Of a stretch of DNA of 64,000 bases, positions 25,210-33,990 are shown piece by piece. The DNA is from Alphaproteobacteria bacterium (GTDB taxonomy: Bacteria; Pseudomonadota; Alphaproteobacteria; CAAHEQ01; UBA3637). The DNA is taken from assembly GCA_015062385.1 (NCBI GenBank), contig SUUT01000006.1, positions 7,587 to 71,586 of the forward strand, in the 5' to 3' direction. The notes beneath the pieces were generated by a model. The model was not told where the DNA came from and searched no databases. It was given only the letters and a program-made list of their open reading frames with translations. Numbering within the stretch: the stretch's first letter is position 1; each line of letters opens with the position of its first letter. A program made the translations under genes and the position numbers.

Positions 25210-27111
25210 ATGCGTTATTTAATGAGTTTGGCTTTGTGTTTTATTTTGTTTTGTGCCTGTGAGGCACAAGCCGTTGTTTCAACCTTAGTTGCTGACACAA
25301 AAAGCGGAACAATTTTATCTTCTAAAAATGCACAAAGAAAACAATATCCGGCATCACTAACAAAAGTAATGACTCTATATTTAACATTTAATGCCTTAGA
25401 TAAAGGGTTGTTAAAAATGGATGATAAACTGCCGATTTCTTTACATGCGGCAAAACAACCCCGCTCAAAAATGTTTTTAAAAGCCGGCGATACAATTCGG
25501 GTTAAAGATGCCGTTATGGCATTGATAATTAAATCGGCAAACGATGCTGCCGTTGTTTTGGCGGAAGCACTGGCCCCATCTGAAAAAGAATTTGCCAAAA
25601 TGATGACGCAAACTGCACATCAACTGGGGTTAAAAAACACACAATTCAGAAATGCATCCGGTTTGCACAATCCCGAACAGGTCACAACGGCAGAAGATAT
25701 GGCTTTATTGACAATCGCTCTGATTAATCATTATCCTGAATATTACAAATTGTTTTCAAAGGGAAAATTTTGGTATAGGGGAAAAGAATATCGATCACAC
25801 AATCAGGTAACACGTTCATATTCAGGGGCCGAAGGATTAAAAACAGGTTATATTGCCGCAGTCGGTTATAACATTATTTCAACAGCAAAACGCAATAATG
25901 ACCGATTGGTAACGGTTGTTATCGGACATAACACATCCAAATCACGGGACAAACAAGCGGTTCGTTTATTGGATAAAGGATTTTCTTTGATGAAAAAATC
26001 CCGTTCTGTTTTAAAAAAATTGTGTGCACAAGGTAAATATCGCACGTTAAATTATGCACAAGCATCACGCAAACCAAACCTAACAGCACAATTAAAAACC
26101 ATGGAAAAAAGATTGGCGTATACCCGCCAAACGGTAACAAATGTACAAAAAGAACGCTTATTGGCCTTACAAAAAACCGGTGTTTTGGATAGATTAACCG
26201 TTTCAAAAGCAATGAGAGAAACAATAGAACAAGGCGATAGCAATCTTGGAACTGCTACCGTATCAAATGAAACAGATTCAAATACATCCATTGAAAAAAG
26301 TTTGGCTTTATCTCCGACCATATCGGATGAGATACGGGCAGAACTGGCTGACAACATAACGGAGCAAACCGCACTTTTGACAGAAAATGAACAAGCAAAT
26401 TTACCAATGGCAACATTTACGCCTGTTTATGGTTGGAAATTAGATGAAAATACAACTGATGAAATCACACATATCTATATCTCGGCAAATCATACACCGA
26501 TTGATTTAAACAGATATCCGCTGTCGGTTGTGCAAAATCAACTACAAACAATGGATAACATATCAAACGAAGAGACAAGTGCTGTTGTCTTACAAACAAA
26601 AGAAACGGAAAAGCCCTCAGAAACAATCATTGCATTACAAGAAATAGAAACAAGCGATAAATTCTCCTCTTTGTCGTCAGAAGCCATTGAACAACCCTCC
26701 AAAACAGTTCAAGTTACCGGTTTAATGCCGATTGCACCAACGCAAACAGAAACCGAAAAGGAGATATCAACAAATAAGACAATAACAAAACCTCAACCGA
26801 TAATATCAGCACAAACACAGCAAAATAAATCTGTTAAAAAAGAAAGAAAAAGCGTTCAAACAGCTCAATTACGCAAAAAAGGATGGGGGGTACAGGTAGG
26901 GGCTTTTTATGAAAAATCACAGGCACAAAAACAAGCTCAAAAAGCCTTAAAATCCATTTCTAAAAAAGGGAAGAAAATAGCTGTTTCACCCAACAAAAAA
27001 GAAACGATATATCGTTCCCGCATTTATGGATTTCAATCCAAAAAAGAAGCCCAGCAAGCTTGTCGTGTATTAAAACGCTCACAAAATATGAATTGTTTGC
27101 CTGTTTTATAG
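25210..27111 (+). CDS. D-alanyl-D-alanine carboxypeptidase (S11) with long linker and C-terminal SPOR domain
   Basis: The start is taken at ATG 25210 with a signal peptide. It has SLTKVMT (SxxK), SANDAA (SxN) and KTGY (KTG) motifs. The C-terminal WGVQVGAFYEKSQAQKQAQ...YRSRIYGFQSKKEAQQACRVLK fits a SPOR domain. Confidence 0.85.
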   Translation: MRYLMSLALCFILFCACEAQAVVSTLVADTKSGTILSSKNAQRKQYPASLTKVMTLYLTFNALDKGLLKMDDKLPISLHAAKQPRSKMFLKAGDTIRVKDAVMALIIKSANDAAVVLAEALAPSEKEFAKMMTQTAHQLGLKNTQFRNASGLHNPEQVTTAEDMALLTIALINHYPEYYKLFSKGKFWYRGKEYRSHNQVTRSYSGAEGLKTGYIAAVGYNIISTAKRNNDRLVTVVIGHNTSKSRDKQAVRLLDKGFSLMKKSRSVLKKLCAQGKYRTLNYAQASRKPNLTAQLKTMEKRLAYTRQTVTNVQKERLLALQKTGVLDRLTVSKAMRETIEQGDSNLGTATVSNETDSNTSIEKSLALSPTISDEIRAELADNITEQTALLTENEQANLPMATFTPVYGWKLDENTTDEITHIYISANHTPIDLNRYPLSVVQNQLQTMDNISNEETSAVVLQTKETEKPSETIIALQEIETSDKFSSLSSEAIEQPSKTVQVTGLMPIAPTQTETEKEISTNKTITKPQPIISAQTQQNKSVKKERKSVQTAQLRKKGWGVQVGAFYEKSQAQKQAQKALKSISKKGKKIAVSPNKKETIYRSRIYGFQSKKEAQQACRVLKRSQNMNCLPVL

Positions 27112-27270
27112 ATAAACTATTCATTTGATTATGTTGTATATCCTAATCATACTGATTTTATTTTAAAAACAATCTTTGTATTTAAATCAGATTAATGTGA
27201 TAAATTCAGAATAATCAGAATATTACGTGTGGTTTCAGCAATATAACATGATAGCAAATGTAAAGATTTA

Positions 27271-27490
27271 TCATCATTTTGGAAAAATGCGAAAGATTTT
27301 ATTCAAAATCTTATGACAACAATAGCATATTATTTGTGCCGTTTCTATCCTTTTTTTAGTTTTTCGTCATTTATTATATCACACTTTTAAGTAACAACCT
27401 TGAATTTGTTTCAGCGGTTCATCACGATAATGGTAAAAAAATATCCGTTCCAATTCTATCCGCAATGTTGAAACAAGTTCAACAGGACGG
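27271..27490. repeat. two tandem REP/MITE-like units
   Basis: Collinear with 860-1048 (tcatcattttggaaaaatg..., ...gttgaaacaagttcaacaggacgg). The part from 27322 onward also forms the inverted repeat with 18571-18743. Confidence 0.8.
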
Positions 27491-27678
27491 CGGGTTCAAA
27501 AGAATGCCATAATAAAAAATATATGTCTGTACAAAAAGGTACGTATAAATGCAACAATTTTTTTCACATTTTGACATTTTTTTTGATTTTAACTAACCAA
27601 TTCAATAAAAACAATAATTTTTCATTTTCTTAAAAATCCGATTCTTTCGATTCGAAGCGGGAAAAAAAGGTACCTTTT
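27322..27678. repeat. right arm of the ~360-bp inverted repeat
   Basis: See 18381-18743. Confidence 0.85.
27526..27678 (+). promoter_or_regulatory. conserved upstream element, copy B
   Basis: tctgtacaaaaaggtacgtataaatgcaacaatttttttcacattttgaca-T8-gattttaactaacc...cgattcgaagcgggaaaaaaaggtacctttt. Confidence 0.75.
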
Positions 27679-27726
27679 ATTACACTCACTTTATAAATGC
27701 AACTTTATAATTGTGAGGGTAAGATT

Positions 27727-30700
27727 ATGCGAATCAAACTGAATGAACATGGACGAAGTATGGTAGAAATTCTTGGTGTGTTGGTTGTTATTGGCATATT
27801 GTCTATTGGGGGTATGGTTGGATATGAATATGCCTATTCGGCATATCAAGTACATAAAATTCAGGATGTTTTGCTAAAAGCAAAAGCACAGACAGACACC
27901 AAACGTCGAAATTCCCGAGTGACAAGCATTAATCGTTTTGTTAAAAGTACATTAAGCGAATATGCTCCGGATGATAATACACCAATGGTTTCTTTTGAAG
28001 AAAATGTTCATTATGTCGATTTATACAAAGTATCGGATGTTATATGTAAAATGTTGTTTGAGCGACAAGAGTCATTGAGCCGAGTCGATATTTATCTAAT
28101 AAAACCTAACAGTATCGAAAATTGTACCAATCAAGAAAATCGTTTAGTGTATTCATTTGACAAAGTTGTTGATACAGATGACACGTCAACCTCCGATTGG
28201 ACTGATGAACCACTGAATTCTGATATTCCCGACTGTGAATATCCCCGTCAGATAATAGATGGGATTTGTACTTGTGCCTCTCCGACAATATGGAGTGATG
28301 TATATAACGATTGTATTTGTGATGAAGAAAATTATGCTGATATGTGTGCTGCTTGTCCGTTGCCTCGTAAATGGGTTTCCGGAGAATGTGTTTGTGCCGA
28401 TTCGGATAAGGTTTGGGATGAAGAAAATAACGCTTGTGTTTGTAAAGATGAAAATGCAGAAGAAGATGCATCCGGTAAGTGTATTCTTTGTGAATCTCCG
28501 AATACATACGACCCAATTGAAGATAAATGTGTTTGTATAGAACCGGAATGTGTATGCGAAACACCTCGTCAGATTATAGATAACGAATGTAAATGTTCAG
28601 ATAATCAAAAATATTTAGAAAGTGAAAATATTTGTGTTGAATGTCGTCACAATAATGATTGTATGGATGAGTACTATTGTGATGAAAATCATACCTGTCA
28701 ATTGTTGAATTGTGATGAAATGGGTTTTCCGATACGGTCCTTTTATTGCAGTTATGTGGATTTTGACAGTAATGCCGGTTATACCCCGTGGATGTATGTA
28801 AATAAGTATTATCAAACGGGGAGGGGAAATTGGACACTTGTATCTGGTTGCCAAAATTCTGTTTTGATTGTTCCAAAAGATTTTAAAGGTAATGTTTCTT
28901 TGGGTTCTTGTCGAGTTGGATGGGTTATTATTGACGGACAAAAATATTCATTAAATTCAAGCAAAACAACAGAGATTGATATTAAAAAAGGGAAATATTC
29001 CATTACATTCGGAACATCTCGTAATAAAGGTCGGGAAGGATGTAATATTAATTTCCATAGAAAACTCGGATGGGATATCTGTATGGCAAAGCAAAATAAT
29101 TGTCCTGCCGGATTTTATTGCCAACCTGACAGTCATAAAACAACTATTTGTCCAGTGGGGCATTATTGTCCCCAAAATTCATTTTTAGGGCCTACGCAAT
29201 GTCCGGTCGGAACATATAATCCTGAGGAAGGAAAATCGGCAAAAAGCGATTGTATGACGTGTTCATTAGGTAATTATTGTGCCAAAGGTTCTATTAATCA
29301 AACTCCTTGTCCGGCAGGATATTATTGTACATCAGCTTCTAAACAGACAGCATGTCCGAAAGGAACGTACAATCCGGATACGGGTAAAACGGCAAAATCT
29401 GATTGTATTGTCTGCTCGGAAACATCTTATTGTCCGGCGGGATCTGTACAGGAAATTACGTGTCCCGCAGGATATTATTGTACAGAAACAGCTCAAACAG
29501 CTTGTCCTGCAGGAACGTATAATCCGAATGAGGGCGCAACCGATAAGAGTGCCTGCTTAAAATGCGAATCCGGTCATTATTGCCCGAAAGCTTCCGTTAC
29601 CCAAACAATCTGCCCAAAAGGTCATTATTGTTCTTTGACAACAGCAACGGCTTGTGGGGCAGGTAAATATAACAATTTAGAAGGACAAACAAGTAGTAAG
29701 GCTTGTTTAGCTTGTCCGGCAGGTTCCTATTGTCCAAAAGCATCGGCTGAACCGATAATTTGTCCGAAAGGATATTATTGTTTGGCAAGTAAAGGGGCAG
29801 CAACTGTTTGTCCGAGCGGAACTTATACTGTTGGCGAAGGGGCAACGGCAAAAACAGATTGTATTGCTTGTACAACTGGTATGTATTGTGCAACGGGTGA
29901 AAGCGGAGATTGTCCGGCAGGATATTATTGTCCGACCCCCAAGACAAAAACAGCATGTCCGGTTGGTACTTACAACCCAACACCCGGAGCAACAAGCAAA
30001 GATGCTTGTATTGCATGTGATGACGGTATGTATTGTGCCAAAGGTTCTACCGAACAAACGCCTTGTCCGGCGGGGTATTATTGTACATCTCCTTCAACAA
30101 AAACGGCATGTCCGGCCGGAAAATACAATCCGAATGAACAGGCAACCAGTAAAACAGATTGTATTGCTTGTACAAGCGGATATTATTGTTTAAAAGGGGC
30201 TATTGAACAAACACTGTGTTCTATAGGGTGTTATTGTTCATTAACAAAAGAAACTATATGTTCTGCCGGAACTTACAACTTAAAAACGGGACAAAGCAGT
30301 TCTTCTGCTTGTTTGGCTTGTCCGGTCGGAATGTATTGTCCAACAACAACCAAAGAACCGATTACTTGTCCGGAAGGGTATTATTGTCCGGCAAAATCAG
30401 CGACGGCAAAAGCATGTGCAAGTGGTTATTTTAGTGATGTTGGTGCAAAAGTCTGTACAAAATGTTTAGCGGGGTCTTATTGTCCTGATGGTAAGAACTC
30501 AACAATAAAAACGTGTCCAATCGGGCATTATTGTGCTGCCGGATGTACTTCTCCGGTAAAGTGTGCAGAGGGGTATTATAACGGACAAACAGGACAATCG
30601 GCTTGTACAAAGTGTCCGGCCGGTTCATACTGCTCGGGAACGGGAAATACGCAAACAACGGTTTGTCCGGCGGGGGCATATTGTCCGGCAGGAGCAACTG

Positions 30701-31344
30701 CACCGACATTGTGTGCCGCCGGAAAATACAATCCGAATACAGGCGGAACGGCAAGCACGGCTTGTAAAACATGTCCGGCCGGTTCCTATTGTCCGACAGC
30801 GGGAACAGTGACTCCTATAACTTGTAAAGCCGGAACTTATTGTGTTGCCGGAGCAACGGCAGAAAAAGTATGTGCTGCCGGATATTACAATGGGCAAACA
30901 GGACAATCGGTTTGTACAAAGTGTCCGGCTGGTTCATACTGCTCGGGAACAGGCAATACACAAATGACTGTTTGTCCGGCGGGGGCATATTGTCCGGCAG
31001 GAGCAACTGCACCGACATTGTGTGCCGCCGGAAAATACAATTCGAATACAGGCGGAACGGCAAGCACGGCTTGTTTAAAGTGTCCTGCTGGTTCATACTG
31101 CTCGGGAACGGGAAATACGCAAACAACGGTTTGTCCGGCGGGGGCATATTGTCCGGCAGGAGCAACTGCACCGACATTGTGTGCCGCCGGAAAATACAAT
31201 CCGAATACAGGCGGAACGGCAAGCACAGCTTGTTTAAAGTGTCCTGCTGGGTCTTATTGTGGGAAAGGAACTATAACGCCGATTGCTTGTCCGGATGGAA
31301 AAACATCAGTTGCCGGTTCGGATGCTTTAAGCGATTGTAAATAA
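27727..31344 (+). CDS. type IV pilin-like N-terminus fused to giant ephrin-receptor-like/GCC2_GCC3-like Cys-repeat protein (1205 aa)
   Basis: The start is taken at ATG 27727 (RBS gagggtaagatt). The N-terminus is MRIKLNEHG|RSMVEILGVLVVIGILSIGG. About 14 units of ~50 aa follow, with CPxGxYC ... CPxGTYNPxxGxxxxxxCxxCxxGxYC. Confidence 0.85.
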   Translation: MRIKLNEHGRSMVEILGVLVVIGILSIGGMVGYEYAYSAYQVHKIQDVLLKAKAQTDTKRRNSRVTSINRFVKSTLSEYAPDDNTPMVSFEENVHYVDLYKVSDVICKMLFERQESLSRVDIYLIKPNSIENCTNQENRLVYSFDKVVDTDDTSTSDWTDEPLNSDIPDCEYPRQIIDGICTCASPTIWSDVYNDCICDEENYADMCAACPLPRKWVSGECVCADSDKVWDEENNACVCKDENAEEDASGKCILCESPNTYDPIEDKCVCIEPECVCETPRQIIDNECKCSDNQKYLESENICVECRHNNDCMDEYYCDENHTCQLLNCDEMGFPIRSFYCSYVDFDSNAGYTPWMYVNKYYQTGRGNWTLVSGCQNSVLIVPKDFKGNVSLGSCRVGWVIIDGQKYSLNSSKTTEIDIKKGKYSITFGTSRNKGREGCNINFHRKLGWDICMAKQNNCPAGFYCQPDSHKTTICPVGHYCPQNSFLGPTQCPVGTYNPEEGKSAKSDCMTCSLGNYCAKGSINQTPCPAGYYCTSASKQTACPKGTYNPDTGKTAKSDCIVCSETSYCPAGSVQEITCPAGYYCTETAQTACPAGTYNPNEGATDKSACLKCESGHYCPKASVTQTICPKGHYCSLTTATACGAGKYNNLEGQTSSKACLACPAGSYCPKASAEPIICPKGYYCLASKGAATVCPSGTYTVGEGATAKTDCIACTTGMYCATGESGDCPAGYYCPTPKTKTACPVGTYNPTPGATSKDACIACDDGMYCAKGSTEQTPCPAGYYCTSPSTKTACPAGKYNPNEQATSKTDCIACTSGYYCLKGAIEQTLCSIGCYCSLTKETICSAGTYNLKTGQSSSSACLACPVGMYCPTTTKEPITCPEGYYCPAKSATAKACASGYFSDVGAKVCTKCLAGSYCPDGKNSTIKTCPIGHYCAAGCTSPVKCAEGYYNGQTGQSACTKCPAGSYCSGTGNTQTTVCPAGAYCPAGATAPTLCAAGKYNPNTGGTASTACKTCPAGSYCPTAGTVTPITCKAGTYCVAGATAEKVCAAGYYNGQTGQSVCTKCPAGSYCSGTGNTQMTVCPAGAYCPAGATAPTLCAAGKYNSNTGGTASTACLKCPAGSYCSGTGNTQTTVCPAGAYCPAGATAPTLCAAGKYNPNTGGTASTACLKCPAGSYCGKGTITPIACPDGKTSVAGSDALSDCK
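30571..31233 (+). repeat. near-identical in-frame intragenic repeats
   Basis: 156-bp units at 30610-30765, 30919-31074 and 31078-31233 encode KCPAGSYCSGTGNTQ(T/M)TVCPAGAYCPAGATAPTLCAAGKYN(P/S)NTGGTASTAC and differ at only a few bases. 30571-30765 is repeated at 30880-31074. Confidence 0.9.
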
Positions 31345-31510
31345 GTATATAACAGACCACCGACTTTGAATGCGTTATAATAACGTATTTGAATGGGGAT
31401 TGTCTGTTTATAAAATAAACAATAGACGATATTTTGAAAAAAAGTTAATTTTTTCTTAAAAAAAGAGTTGTGTTTTTTTTGATTATCGTGTAAGACTGTA
31501 AAATATATGA

Positions 31511-32599
<1,089 letters not shown>

Positions 32600-32626
32600 T
32601 TTTAAACACAATATTTTTGAAATACA

Positions 32627-33487
32627 ATGGAAAACAAGTTCTTTCGGTGGCAGCGGTTTAAAGGGCAGTTAAAAAAGTTTGTGCCAATTCCGTTTTTATT
32701 GGGGGGACTTGTTTTATTTGTTTTCACAGCATTGAATACGCCTTTGATTATGCATCTGAAAGAACACACAATTTCTGCGGTTGCCCCCTTGATAGCCGGT
32801 GTTTCCGCTCCGCTCAATTATTTTAGACAAGTTGGCGAAAATATGTCTGATTATTGGCATGTGTATGAGGAAAATAAACGCTTGAAAGCAGAAAATGAAA
32901 TCTTGCGAGATTGGCGAACATTGGCAATAAAGTTATCGTTTGAACATCAGGAATTGTCAAAACTGCTTAATTATCAACAGGTAGCCGAGGGACGGGAATA
33001 CGTTGTACAGATATTATCCGATTATAACAGTCCGTTTTCACAATCGTTGATTTTGAATGGCGGGCGGAATATTGGTGTTCAAAAAGGCGATGTGTTGGTA
33101 TCTAACAATGGATTAATCGGGTTTGTACAGTCTGTCGGTTCAAAAACAGCACGTGCTTTAAAAGTGACAGATTATTATGCCCGATTGCCGGTTTATATTG
33201 GCGTTAATCGGTATCCGGCCATTATGTCCGGTGATAATTCTGCCTTTCCGAAACTAAACTCTTTGCCCGAAGAAGCCCGTTTATCGGACGGTGATTTTGT
33301 GATGACTGCCGGTACGGTTGGTGTGTATCCGGCGGGAATTCCGATTGGAACGGTAAAAACGGATGTAAACGGTGAATTATGGGTGGATTTATTTGAAAAA
33401 GTGCATAATTTAGAATTTGTTCGGGTCATTGATTTTGGATTGGAAGGTTTATTGCCGGATACCTGCCAAGGAGCTTCCGAACAATGA
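32627..33487 (+). CDS. mreC: rod shape-determining protein MreC
   Basis: It has an N-terminal TM helix, a coiled coil (ENKRLKAENEILR) and a beta-rich C-terminus (GDVLVSNNGLIGFV, GIPIGTV). It lies between mreB and mreD. Confidence 0.85.
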   Translation: MENKFFRWQRFKGQLKKFVPIPFLLGGLVLFVFTALNTPLIMHLKEHTISAVAPLIAGVSAPLNYFRQVGENMSDYWHVYEENKRLKAENEILRDWRTLAIKLSFEHQELSKLLNYQQVAEGREYVVQILSDYNSPFSQSLILNGGRNIGVQKGDVLVSNNGLIGFVQSVGSKTARALKVTDYYARLPVYIGVNRYPAIMSGDNSAFPKLNSLPEEARLSDGDFVMTAGTVGVYPAGIPIGTVKTDVNGELWVDLFEKVHNLEFVRVIDFGLEGLLPDTCQGASEQ

Positions 33488-33990
33488 CGGTTAATCGGTT
33501 AAAATATTATTGTTTACAGCTTTTTCCGTTTTTTTTAATTTGCGGTTTTGTTTTTTTTAAAAGTCTTTCTTTTAATTTATTCGGTTTTTCACAATCATAT
33601 TTAACGAATGTTTATGCGGTTATTTTTTATTGTGCAGTTTTTAATGCAACTGTTTTAAATATTTTTACAGTATTTTTCTTGGGGATATTGACGGATATAT
33701 TATTGGATATCCCATTTGGATTATCTCCATTTTTATATAGTTTTGTCTTTTTTATCGGTTATTTTAACCGCCGATTTTTACGACAGACAAGTTTTAATAA
33801 ACAATGGTTTGTGTTTAATGGCGTGATAACCTGTATTTTTCTGTTTGGATTGGGTTTTTTAAAATTTTTATATGGGGGTATTCCGCATATTCAATATTTG
33901 ATTGTTGAATGGTTATTGTTGATGTGTTGTTATCCGTTGGTTGCTGCCGTAGTCGGATACGTTAATCAAAGAATGGGACGATATATATGA
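33484..33990 (+). CDS. mreD: rod shape-determining protein MreD
   Basis: A small polytopic membrane protein that overlaps both mreC and mrdA by 4 nt. Confidence 0.7.
   Translation: MTVNRLKYYCLQLFPFFLICGFVFFKSLSFNLFGFSQSYLTNVYAVIFYCAVFNATVLNIFTVFFLGILTDILLDIPFGLSPFLYSFVFFIGYFNRRFLRQTSFNKQWFVFNGVITCIFLFGLGFLKFLYGGIPHIQYLIVEWLLLMCCYPLVAAVVGYVNQRMGRYI

Noticed and set aside
27536-27558. Sigma-54 type -24/-12 promoter (GG-N10-GC, ..GGTACGTATAAATGCA..) in the conserved upstream element. This was attractive because pilin genes are often RpoN-dependent.
   Set aside because: In three of the four copies the GG to GC spacing is one nucleotide longer than the strict TGGCAC-N5-TTGCA spacing. Only copy D (GGGACGTATAATTGCA) can be fitted, by using a shifted G. 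This is not supportable without mapping.
18381-27678. The inverted repeats as a site-specific invertible promoter switch.
   Set aside because: No recombinase or invertase gene lies in or near the segment. The arms are long and equivalent promoters, so inversion would not switch expression. Only homologous inversion is proposed.
28106-31340. Many antisense and off-frame ORFs (60-166 aa) inside the 1205-aa gene, for example 30815..31222(-), 30840..31340(+) and 29597..30016(-).
   Set aside because: They are by-products of the periodic Cys/Gly/Pro codon repeats. Their products are low-complexity mirror images of the repeats with no starts or RBS of their own. The long sense frame, with the pilin leader and a coherent repeat grammar, explains the region.
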